DNA of 58,772 bases. Origin: Spirogloea muscicola. Taxonomy: Eukaryota. The notes below the pieces were generated by a model. The model searched no databases. It worked only from the letters and a program-made list of their open reading frames with translations, and was not told the origin of the DNA. Shown here piece after piece: positions 25,880-37,039 of this stretch (positions are counted from its first letter, which is position 1; every line of letters starts with the position of its first letter). The DNA is taken from contig WELB01000002.1 in assembly GCA_009602725.1 (NCBI GenBank), positions 704,851-763,622 of the forward strand, read 5' to 3'. Position numbers and translations under genes: made by a program.

Positions 25880-25960
25880 AAAGTATGGCCAGATTAACTG
25901 GTGGCTGGGAAAGGCCAGCCCTGAGGAATGGACAATAGAGAAAGGTATTTCGTGTATAGA
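25880..25960 (-). mobile_element. isolated CRE-like type C terminus
   Basis: ggccagattaactggtggctgggaaaggccagccctgaggaatggacaa matches 9820-9870. Confidence 0.65.
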
Positions 25961-26512
25961 GCTGCGTGCTTCTTCGCACTGATTACATCCAAAGTTTTCT
26001 GCTTGTCTTGTTCTGGACATTTTCTGAGCAATATTTGTGAAGATTTAAGTTTAACATCAACAATCATTGACAAATCTGCATAGCGCAAGTGTTTTTGAAC
26101 AACTTTGTGCCTAACGTAGTGTATTTGTCAAAGATTGGATTGTTTGACATAACAGATACAGGCCTGTATGAGCGTAGCATAGCTTGGAGCACAATCAGCA
26201 CCATAGCTAGCACAAAGAATGAGCCCGCGTTTCGGACTCAGAGCTGCTTTTGTCAAATTTTATTTGAAGCTAGTGGAGGTAGGACAGTATGTAACAACTC
26301 TTGTGCACGCCCATTTCCTGCACAAGCAGGTCTGTGGGGAAGTCTGGTTGGGTTAACTAACCCTCTTATTGCAGGCAAAGCAAACTTTACCTCAAGACAT
26401 GCTATTTATTACTGCACAAGCACCAAGTGTAAGCTGGGTGCCAGATGTGGAGGGTGGCAGCAAACCACCGTGTGAGTGGACACTTATCTAAAAGCTGGCC
26501 AGCTGAAGGATT

Positions 26513-28262
26513 TTAAACGACGGTCTCAATGACAGCAGCAGTGGCCACCTCTGCACCAGCTTCTGCCTGCTGCGGCCCAGAGTAACGGGAGAACTTGCAG
26601 TCTGCCGACAGGATAGCCGACGACTCATAATCAGCTGCCTTGCCATCAAGGAAACCCTCACCCTCCTCACCATCAGCAGCCAGGCGGTGGCCCATGAGCT
26701 CAGCAAGGGCAGTGTACTTGATGGCACGCTCTGCATGGTCATTGCGGTAGGTTTGACCAAGGACACCGTGAATGTCTTGGGTATACTTGATATCCATGAG
26801 GTCAAGGTTGATGTGAACCATGGAATCGTCCTTGGTCTGCACAGGACATACGTTTCAAAAATTTAGTTAGATTGATAGGAATATGCACCACAGAATACAT
26901 TCAGTCAGAAAAGAGCATACAGACAAATATTGATAAGACAATAAATTAGGAATGAAATCTAGCGATCTGTACACAGGACGTAAGGGCACCTGGAGGAGAG
27001 GGTGGGCAGCGCGGAGACGGAGCTCAGCATTGATGACACCGGGGACAACGAAGCGGAAGAAATCCACGTCATAAGGACCCTTCTTCTCATAGGCAACCAA
27101 GCTGAAAGTGGTCTCGCCAAAAGTGGCAGTCTCACCAAGCTGCAGCCAACAGAATCAGAGTCAATATCTGAGGGACATATGGCATGGACAGGTGGATGTT
27201 ACCGTCCAGCTTCATATGTAGATAATAAAGTTCATGCAGATATTTTGCACATAAAAGCTGGCAAGGAAAATGTTCGTTACCTGAGGGACGGCGACCTCCT
27301 CGCCATTAACGCTGACAGCTGAAACGAAGCCAGCACCACGGGAAGAGTCCTTGGAACCGGACCGGGCAGTGAAGACGGCGCTGTTCTGAACACCAGCAGC
27401 GTTCCACATGATGCCAAGCTCACGGATCCAGGTGCGGATGGCCTTTCCATTCTTGAAGGCAGTGGCACCGGCAGTGCGCTCGTCATAGTAACCATTGACC
27501 TTCATGTTGATGTGGACATCCTTGTCGGAGATAAGACAGAAGGTCTTGTCGGGGATGCCATTGAAGTCGAAGCGAGTGCCGTGGGCACCGATGAAGTGCG
27601 GGTCATCCTGCACCTCCGGGTTACAGGTGCCACCCAAGAAGTAGGGGTACTCGCAGTTATCAGCAACAATGGGGCCCAGGGAGCAGACTGTGGCGGGGAG
27701 AGCATAGCACAGGCTGTGCTGGAGCTCGAACTGCCAGTAGACGGCGCCAGGGGTCACACTGCAAAATGAAATGCAGGTCATAGTGATGTCAGACCACCTT
27801 TCTTCATGGGAAGAAATGCTTTGAAGTGCACGTCCACAGGAGCTACAGTTGATCGTTTGGGCTGTAATAGCCGGGAAAATGACAAGGATTGAGTGATCTC
27901 GGTAGATAGCAAGTCTGTGAGGAAGCATTGGTGGTCATCAACGGCAGGGCAGCGCCTTACCGGGCAAAGTTGCAGCAGTCAGCCACGGTGAAAGTGCTGT
28001 GCTTCTTGGCGATGGCGTACGTATCAAGGACGTCCTGGTGGAACTTGGCCTTGAAGAAGTTGGTGCCGCAGGTGGTGGAGGTGCAGGACATGCCGGGCGC
28101 GGTGAAGGCAGGGCACGCGCCCTCGTGCTTGTCGGAGATGCTGGAGTCGGCCACCACCCATGTGGACGTGTCCATCGACACGGGGCCGGTGTAGAAGGGC
28201 AGGGCAGCCACAGCCTGGACGAGGCAGGCCGCCGCCAGGAGGACCGCAAGAGTGGACGCCAT
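26513..28262 (-). CDS. secreted Cys-rich protein with root-cap / LEA-related (VWD-like) domain; 4 exons
   Basis: Signal peptide MASTLAVLLAAACLVQAVAA and a Cys-rich N-domain, then DDPHFIGAHGTRFDFNGIPDKTFCLISDKDVHIN..RTWIRELGI..HINL..IHGVLGQTYR. Exons 28262-27961, 27758-27281, 27139-26990, 26836-26513, all GT-AG. Confidence 0.88.
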
Positions 28263-29913
28263 GGCTGCCGCTGGTGCACTGCCGCTGCCGCTCTGACGGA
28301 CGCTGGTGGTGGCTGGGAAAGCGGGCGCCGGCGGGGGAGTGGTTGGAAAGGGAGTGGGGGCTGACAGGCTGGGAAGGGGGGGGAGCTGGAGTGGTAACGT
28401 GCTTTGGAGCGGCGGGGGGTACTTGTAGTGGGGAGGTTGGGGAGGTTGGGCTGCGGCCCCGCGAGCCGCTCGGAGGGGCCCGGGCGGGCCCTGTCCTCTG
28501 CCGGGCCCGACCAGTCTCCATTCCTCCTCGGCCCGCATCGCTCCCCCAGCCGCCCCTCCGGGCCGCCGTGAGCTGCAGAGGACTCGCGGGGGCTCCTCTG
28601 CGGGCCTCCGCCGCGCCGAGGCCCCCGGCCGAGATCGTCGTCAAATAGCCCCCGCCCACCGCCGTGATGGGTGGGAAGAAAGGGGCGCGGGGCGCCCACG
28701 AACACTGCGACTCAGGTACAATCAAATGCCTCGCCGCGCGTGCGGGGGGGGGGGCTTTCTCCCGCCCGGGCGGAGCAGAGGCCCGCAGAGGATGGGCGGC
28801 CCCGGGTCTCGCTGGGCCCCGCCGCCCCGTGCCTCCAGGCCGGGCCCGCCGGGCTTGGGCGCCGCGCTCGCACAGCGCCCGCCACGTGGCGGTCCGACTC
28901 GGCGGCCCACGGGCGCCACGCGCGGGGCCGTGGCTCGTCCGGCCCCGTCCTGCGGAGCCAGTCGGGCACCGCGAGGAAAGTTTCCGGAGCAGCCCGGCGC
29001 CCCGGGGCGCCTGACAGCCAGGCCGGGGGCAGCAGATAAACTCCCCACATCCCCACTTGTCCCGCCGCGAGACTCGCATCACGGATCGCGACAAACAACA
29101 CCTGGCGAGTCGCCGAGATCTGTGGGCTACCTCGGCTCCGTCGATCACCGCCATCCGACGTATCACGTTATGTCCGCCGCGGGGGGCGCCGGCCGACCAC
29201 CTCCGCGCGCCGCGGCGCATCGGCCGCCCTCAAATCTTGTCGCCGCCGCCGCCACGGCCCGCTGGCGCCGGGCGCGGGCGGCGGGGCTTCGCTCGACCGC
29301 TCGCCGCCCCGGACTGCCGGGAACCAATCTCGCGGGGGGCTCCGCTGCGGCCGTAGCGTGGCGGCCTCCCTCTTGAGCAGCGACGAAATACTGTCTTGAA
29401 AAGTGCCACGCTTCTTCGTCAGGCCTGCCTTGTCTTCCACAGCCCCCGGGCGCCTGGCCGGGTCCTCCGACCTGTCCTTCGTTTACTTGAGCTGGTCTTT
29501 CGGTCACCGCCTGCTAGAAGCACCTCTATAACCTCACGGGCGGCGCGCCTCTTCTGCCTCGCCCGCCGCCGGCTGCCGCGGGGAGGGTCGTGACAAGAAG
29601 CTCGTGCATGTGCTGGCCTGCGCCAAGTGGACCACCGCCAGCCGTCAACGCGCGCGTGGTGACACCCTCCTTAACCGTGCAACATACATTGACAATGGAG
29701 CAGCTAGTGCACGGCTAGGTGGACTCCTCTCCGAAAAAGAAATTCCGTGTATGTGAAACAAACGAAGGCCAAATGGCCATGTTACAAAGGCAAGCACATC
29801 TTAGGACCTTCATAACCTACAGTAGATTGACCCGCTCAGTAATCACGGGTCAAATATTTAAGGTCGCTAACCGATGCCTGAATACCAGATGGCAGATACG
29901 AAGCCCTTCTGCC

Positions 29914-30033
29914 CTTCAGCTCCTTTCTTATGGGCGAGCTCCTCTTCCCCTGCCCCCTTTGTCGTGCTTTGTTCATTCTTTCTTGGGCTGGCTTTTCCAG
30001 CCCCTATCCTTAATGGGCGAGCCCTTCCTTTCT
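29914..30033 (+). mobile_element. 120-bp B-type terminus inserted antisense into another CRE-like copy, 7-bp TSD TTCTGCC
   Basis: ttctgcc at 29907-29913 and 30034-30040. The uninterrupted target gaagcccttctgccaccaactagagc is seen near 33677. Confidence 0.85.
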
Positions 30034-30474
30034 TTCTGCCACCAACTAGAGCTCGCCCAGCTTTCTGGTGCAAAGCACTAGCCTGACCTCGCTGTACGCT
30101 CCGAAGAGGAGAATGCGGTTTCTGACTTGAGGGCTTCTCACATAGCTTCTTCAGGCCCCTTCTTCTTGCCCCATCGTAGCTGCTATGGCAGTACGAGGGG
30201 AGGATGGACCATTCAGTAGCTACAAGCTGCTAAGCGTTTTCGGGCCCCTTCAAAACTATGTCAATGCTTTTCGGGCTGGCTTTTCACAGCCAGCCCGAAA
30301 ACGCCCAGCATCTCTGATCTGCGGCTGCTTAGCAGGGGTTACTGAAGGTCTCGTAGCAGCTTTGTTTCTGTTACTTAGCGCTTCCCCTGGCCCCCTTCTC
30401 GTACTCTGTTCATTCTTTTTCGGGCTGGTTGTTCCAGCCCCTATTCTCAATGGGCGAGCACTTTCTTCTTTTTT

Positions 30475-31941
30475 CACAGCCCTAGCCCCAGTGGGAGTGC
30501 CACTTCTCTGAAACTGAAAGAGCGGCTGTAGAAGCCAGCCAAATGCATACAGGGAGTATTTGTAAATGTATCAGCGGAGCCGCAGGCTAGGCAGACAGGG
30601 CGCTTTAAGTCCCATGTCAGCAATCGGAAGTCGGAAGAGCTGAGGGGCAACTCCGCTGCGCAGACTACAGGCTGCTCCGCAAGGAGAAGGCGCGCGATGC
30701 TATAAAGGAAAGGGAAGTCAATCTAAGCCAGGAAAGAGAGAAGGCGCGCGGGGCGCATGAGATGAAATGGAGGCCAATTCAAGCCGATACATTGTTCAGG
30801 CAGAGTCTAGGGCAAAGTAAACAGGGCTACATAATACGAAAAAGAAACCACGCGGAAAGGAGCGGCATTACAAAGACCAACCCCAGGGAGACCCACTGTT
30901 ATCCGTGCGCTGTGAAATTGATCGCGGTACGGTATCGGAGTGAACCTCTCGGTGCCGGACACCTGGCGAAGCGACCCGGCGGGCCGTCGACCTGACAGCA
31001 AGGAAAGCTGCCCGGCTTCAAAGCCGCCTGGTGGCTTGCCCAGGTGTTCTGTATGCGGCTATCTCCTTCCAATGTTATCCCTGGCTGACGCAGTGTGCTC
31101 GAGATAGTAGCAGCTACAGTGCGGGCAGGCCGCGCTTTACCTNCGCCGGCGGCGGCGACGGCGGCGGCGCGAGCGACGGGCGCGGACGCCCAACGGCCGA
31201 AGAGGAGAATGCGGCTTCTGACACTGAAAGAGCGGCTGTACAGGCCAGCCAAATGCATACAGAAAGTGTTTGTACATGTATCAGCGTAGCCACAGGCCAG
31301 GCAGACGGGCGCTTTAAGTCCCATGTCAGCAATCGGAAGTCAGAAGAGCTGAGGGGCAACTCCGCTGCGCAAGCTGCAGGCTGCTCCGAAAGAAGAAAGT
31401 GCTCGCCCAGAGAGAAGAGGGGCTGGCAAAGCCAGCCCAAAAACAATGTCCAAAGAAAGAGGAGCCGGAAAAGGACTACACTACAATTCTCGTTGGGCTG
31501 GCTTCTCACAGCCCTTGCCCCCATTGGGAGTGCCACTTCTCTCTACAAAACACAAGACGATGCAGAGGGAAGTTCAGTACCCGCTCCGAAAGGAGAAGGC
31601 GCGCAATGCCATGAAATAAAGGGAGGTCAATCTAAGCCAGGATAGAAAGAAAGGAGCGGAAAGGAGCGGCACTACAAAGACCAACCCCAGGGAGACCACT
31701 TTTATCCGTGCGCCATGGAGTTTATCTGCGGTACGGTACGGAATGATCCTCTCGGTGCCGGACACCTGGCAAAGCGACCAGGCGGGCCATCGATCTGACA
31801 GGCAAGGAAAGCTTCCCGGCTTTAAAAGCCGCCTGGTCGCTTACCCAGGTGTTCTGTCTGCGGCTGTCTCCTTCCAATGCATCCCTGGCTGACGCTGTGT
31901 GCTCGGGATAGTAGCAGCTACAGTGCGGGCAGGCCGCGCTT
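30475..31941. repeat. diverged local duplication (30475-31140 vs 31495-31941)
   Basis: Shared collinear blocks (tgggagtgccacttctct; gtcaatctaagccagga; cggaaaggagcggca..ctctcggtgccggacacctggc..gatagtagcagctacagtgcgggcaggccgcgcttt) with different inserts in each copy. Confidence 0.8.
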
Positions 31942-32051
31942 TCGCTGCTAATTCTGGGTCTCGTCTGGGTGCCTCTTAGAATAAAAAATCCCAGCTGCAA
32001 GGTACTCCCACTTGCAGCTGCTGACGCGGGATTACCAAGCTTAGGACACCT

Positions 32052-32172
32052 TCCCACCGGGTCGGTCGGTCGCGCCGAGGGGTACGTGTCGCGCGGGGAA
32101 GGGATGATCTGGGCTCACAACACGCCCCGGTCGCGGTCACCCGCCATGGAGGCGCCTTCCGGCCTTTGGACC
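32052..32172. mobile_element. diverged partial copy of the MITE at 34028-34437
   Basis: caccgggtcggtcggtcgcgccgaggggtacgtgtcgcgcg...ggaggcgcc aligns with the reverse complement of 34310-34427. Confidence 0.75.
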
Positions 32173-33515
32173 TTGATCTTTCTGGTCTGGCCATTCACAA
32201 ATCCTACCCCCTTCGGAAGAGCTCACTTTTTTCTCTATCCTCCATCGCCTGGCCCACCTGGTCGACGCGCGCCCTAGTAGTCAGGCCGGCAGCTTAGTTA
32301 TACCAGTTTCCTGCAAGTATTCGTGCTTATTGCAGGATGCGGCTTTCGCTTACTTTGCAGCGTTCCCAGGCCTTCCATCAGCGTGCTGGGCGCGCTTTCA
32401 GCCAGGCCACCGGCTTGTGGGGTGGTGCTCCGGCTCCCCATATCAATCTCTTTCTTTTTTGTCTGAACAATGTATTGACTTGAATTGGCCTCGCTTTAAT
32501 TTCATGCGCACCGCGCGCCTTCTCTCTCTTTCTTCATATTAATGTCGGATATGTGTGCAGTCGTGGATACAAGAGTCTTCCTTCAGTTGATTATTCGTTC
32601 TATTACCTCAGCCCCTCTTTCATGTTCTTCCTACAGACTGCGTACTGGCTTGCTTTGGCCTCCCTTTCATCTCATATGCTCCACGCGCTCCTCACAGCCG
32701 TCGCCCCCTCAAGAATAGCTGCCTCTATTCTCTTCTTCATGCTGAGCGCACTCAGTAAGCCAGGCCACTGGCTTCCATGGCAGCTTTGAATGCCTCTGCG
32801 GGCTGGCGGGTCACAGCTTTAGCTCTGCGGCTCCTTAAGTCCTTGATAACCTTGATCACCAGATGTCTGCTCACTGAGGACTCTTATGACGCTTGATGCT
32901 TCGATAAGTCAGCTCCTGCTTGGCTGTGTGGTTTCAGCACTTTCTGGCCCCTTCAGATCTTGTCCATCTGTTTCAGGCTGGCTTTTCACAGTCCTCGCCC
33001 CTTTTGATAAGCTTACTTTCGTGATGCTGTTCGTGTTGACTCTTCACTCTTGGGTCTTGCCCCATCCATATTTACATCAGCTCGAATCCACTGGCGACAT
33101 TTCTATGGTCTACTCTTTGACCTACTCACGTGTAATGTTACTTGCTCCTTAAACTCAGGTGTCCGACTGCTGCTCAAACTTTCAAATTTCTATTAAATGA
33201 GCAGCATCTCTTGCAACTCGTCTCAATCATTGGCTGGCCCCCCTTTAGGGAGCCAGCCAAAGGAACTCCATTGCTTTTGGGCCGCCCTTTCACAGGCAGC
33301 GCCCCTGGAAGATCTTCCATTTATCTTTCTATTTTCCTCCTCAGCACTTGTTTTATTGGAACCCACAATTTCCTGCTGGACGGTCTTTCTTTCTTCCTTG
33401 CCCCCTCTGGATAAGCTTACTCTTCAGGCAGAAAGACTCTTCCAGTAGAAATCTGGCCCTTTCAGAACGTTTTATTCCATTGGGATGGCCTCTCACAGCC
33501 ACTGCTGTCAATGGG

Positions 33516-33875
33516 TAAGATTTCGTGTATTTGAAGCAAACGAAGGCCAAAGGCCGAGTACAAAGGCAAGCACATCTAAAGGCCTACATAATCTACAGCA
33601 AAGTGACCCGCTCAGTAACCACGGGTCAAAACATAAAGGTCGCTAATCGATGCCTGAATACTAGATGTCAGATACGAAGCCCTTCTGCCACCAACTAGAG
33701 CTCGGCCAGCTTTCTGGTGCAAGGCATTAGCCTGAGCACGCTGCAAACAGGCCGAAACGTCGTCGCAAGAAAGACAGATATGCAGCTGGCAAGCCCAACT
33801 CAACCGGAAACACATCTGCACGACGTGTGTAGCCTAGATTGGCAATGTTTTGGAGGAGGGTGTGGAAACGAGGAC
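33516..33875 (-). mobile_element. 5'-truncated CRE-like element (subfamily I) with 17-bp TSD
   Basis: ccactgctgtcaatggg at 33499-33515 and 33876-33892. Encodes GPRFHTLLQNIANLGY..ACLQRAQANALHQKAGRALVGG..LYVLTRGY*. Ends ...caaatacacgaaatctta with no poly(A). Confidence 0.9.
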
Positions 33876-34027
33876 CCACTGCTGTCAATGGGGATGCTCT
33901 GTTTCATTCCGGCCTTTTCGACTTTGTTCAAGTTTCCGTCTGGGCTGGCCAATCACAGGAATCGCCTTCCATCGGAAAAAGTCTCTCTCTCTTTGGAAGA
34001 GCTCTCTTTTTCTCACGGCGCTTCTCT

Positions 34028-34437
34028 GGGCCGGGTTACACCGGGGCGGTCGGCCAAAAGCGATTTGACCGCCGGGTCAAGGCGGTGTCACTGCCACGGA
34101 GGCCGAGGCCGCCTGCACGTGCCGATGGGTATTTGAATTATTCGTGTATTTGGAGGGGTTGGTGCCAGCTGTTCCTTTTCAGGCGGGGCCGGGGTGGGGG
34201 GGTGGGGTGGTAAGAATCCAGACCACCTCGGGAGGTGGTCTGGATTCCGGCCGCCAGCGTGGCAAACGCGCGCGTTTCTTCCTCCAACGCGCCCGAAAGG
34301 CGTCCTGGTCAGCGTCCGATGTGGCGCCTCCGTGGCGTGCGACCACGACCGGGCGCGCGTTCACCGGCGACGGTCATTCCATTCAACGCGCGACACGTAC
34401 CCTCGGCGCGGCCGACCGCCCCGGTGTAACCCGGCCC
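34028..34437. mobile_element. 410-bp non-autonomous TIR transposon (MITE, PIF/Harbinger-like)
   Basis: Perfect 28-bp TIRs gggccgggttacaccggggcggtcggcc (34028-34055 / 34410-34437) and 3-bp TSD TCT (34025-34027, 34438-34440). It interrupts a D-type CRE UTR. Confidence 0.9.
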
Positions 34438-35170
34438 TCTGGCCCCTGCAAGATTTGTTCATATTTGGTGAGCTGGCCACTCACAGCCATCGCCCTCTAC
34501 TGGAAGCGTCTTTCTACTTTTTTTCTGGGCTGGCCAATCCCATCGCCCTCTGCTGGAAGAGTCTTTGTCTCACAGCCATCGCCTTAGATTGATATTGCTG
34601 TTTCGTTCTTCTTGCTTCTTTGTTCGCCTGGCTTCTTGCGGCCTGCTAGAGCCAGCTCTCAGCGCCAAACCGATCCTTCTTCATTGTTTTTGGGCTGACC
34701 TTTCACAGCCATTGCCTTCTTCATAAGAGCTGTTTCTTCACTTTGGGCTGTCCTCTCACAGTTGTCAGAAAGACTCCAGATGAAGTGACGCTTCCAGTAG
34801 AAAGCGATGGCTGTGATTGGCAAGCCCAGAAAAAGATGAACATTGTAGTAAGTAAAAGCTGCTTCTCAGCTCCACGGCCTCTACTAATCAGTGGAGCCGC
34901 CCTCCAGAAGTGGCAGCTACCTATCGGAAGAAGAAAGACTCCTCCAGAAGCCCCTATCCTCAATGGGCTAGTTTCTTCCAGAAGAGAGGAGGACGCTTCC
35001 AAAAGAGGGCGATGGCTGTGACGGCCATCCCAGATAGTGAATGAGCAAATTCGAAGGGGCCAGATAAACGCTGAAGCACACTGCGACTTTCTCCTCTGGG
35101 TGCTCAATGTCGGGCTGGCTGTTCACAGCCCTTGCCCGGAGAGCCACATTCTTAATATCCCCCTTTTGAG

Positions 35171-35777
35171 AGCAATATTATGCCAATTACCACGGACGCC
35201 CAGGGACGTCATCATCGCCGAACACTTGACATTGTGGGCGTGCAACCTGGTGGAGGACCACGGGCCCTGGTCGACGTGGTTGTTACGGAGGCGTATAAAG
35301 GTCCAGCATCGACACACATCGCTGGCCACGCAGTGGGCATTGCAGAGCAGAGAAAACTACAGCACTACTCCGACTACCCCTGGTGCGGTCAGCTCCTGCC
35401 AGCTGCAGTTGACACCTTTGGCTGTCTGGGTCCGCGTTTCCACACCCTTCTCCACAACATTGCCAATCTAGGCTACACACGACATGCAGATGTGTTCCCG
35501 GCTGAGATGTGCTTGCCAGCTGCATACCTGTCTTTCTTGCAACGACGAGTTTCGGCCTGTTTGCAGCATGCCCAGGCTAATGCCTTGCACCAGAAAGCTG
35601 GGCGAGCTCTAGTTGGTGGCAGAAGGGCTTCTTATCTGACACCTAGGATTCAGGCATCGATTAGCGACCTTCATGTTTTGACCCGCGGTTACTGAGCGGG
35701 TCATTCTGCTGTAGGTTATATAGGTCTTAGATGTGCTTGCCTTTGTACTTGGCCATATGGCCTTCGTTTGTTTCAAT
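35171..35777 (+). mobile_element. 5'-truncated CRE-like element encoding an intact restriction-like endonuclease (RLE) domain, 8-bp TSD
   Basis: ORF 35180-35695: RRTLDIVG..DVVVT..AVGIAEQRKLQHY..LLPAAVDTFGCLG..RRVSACLQ..AGRAL..LTRGY*, a PD-(D/E)xK-type RLE pattern. cttttgag at 35163-35170 and 35778-35785. Confidence 0.88.
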
Positions 35778-37039
35778 CTTTTGAGCAGCCGCAGGGTCAG
35801 AGAAACTAGTATCTGGCTGGCGGGTCGCCGTTCTAAAGCCCGAGGATGTCAGCCAAAGGAAGCCAGAGGAAGCGCTAAGAAACCAAAGCACACAAAGAAA
35901 GAAAGCAGCTACAAATCACTCAGTAACCCCTGCTAAGCAGCCGCAAATGAGAGAGGCTAGGGTCCTGGAAGTGGGTCCCCTGGACAGAGCCAGAGGCAGC
36001 AGCGAGGGCTCTCCCGGCACGAAGGTGCAGCGCACGGGCCATGGACCTCTGCAGCGAGACCGACNNNNNNNNNNNNNNNNNNNNNNNNNNNNNNNNNNNN
36101 NNNNNNNNNNNNNNNNNNNNNNNNNNNNNNNNNNNNNNNNNNNNNNNNNNNNNNNNNNNNNNNNNNNNNNNNNNNNNNNNNNNNNNNNNNNNNNNNNNNN
36201 NNNNNNNNNNNNNCTCTGGCCAGGGGACCCACTTCCAGGAGCCCAGCATCTCTGATCTGCGGCTGCTTAGCAGGGGTTACTGAGTGTCTCGTAGCAGCTT
36301 TGTTTCTGTTACTTAGCGCTTCCCCTGGCCCCCTTCTCGTACTCTGTTCATTCTTTTTCGGGCTGGTTGTTCCAGCCCCTATTCTCAATGGGCGAGCACT
36401 TTCTTCGAGAACTCCGGCACGGAGCCTCGCGGAGGCACCCGTACTTGTCCCTTGTGCGACGTTGTGTCAGCCTGTTTGCACAAGCTCAAGCTCATGCTGT
36501 GCACCGGAAAGCTGGTCGAAGAAGTTTCGCTGGTCGAGCCGTAGCTGGTGGCACAAGGGCTTGTCAGAGATGCCGTCCGGGTTTCGGGCATCAGTTATCG
36601 ACCTCGTATGTGCTGGTCGTGGTTACTGAGCGGGTCAGCTTAGCAATAGGTGATGTACACGTGTCAATGTGCTTTGTACTTGGCCAATCAGGCCCTCCAT
36701 CCCTCAACACACCATTCTCCTGGCTCGGAGCCTGAGTTTCTTACAGAGCCCCCTTAAGAACCTTTGGGAGAGCCACTCTCTCATTTCAGAGCAGGTCGGC
36801 TGTGACCTGCCAGCCGGACCATCAAGTAAGGCCAAGCTGGCGCCAGCAACTTGAGTCGGCGTAGCAGATCAAGGCCCCTTCGAACTCTGTTCATTATATT
36901 GCTGGGCTGGCCAGTCATAGCCATCGCCCTCCTCTGGGAGATTCTTGCTTCTTGACCAAGCGGCGGCGACCACAGACAAGCCGCAAAAGAGATACAGCAC
37001 TTCGTCAGCCATTGCCTTACATTGGAAGAGCTGTTTCTC

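Noticed and set aside
27938..29593. Long overlapping ORFs (up to 398 aa) in several frames
   Set aside because: Low-complexity R/G/P/A translations caused by extreme GC content; no domain.
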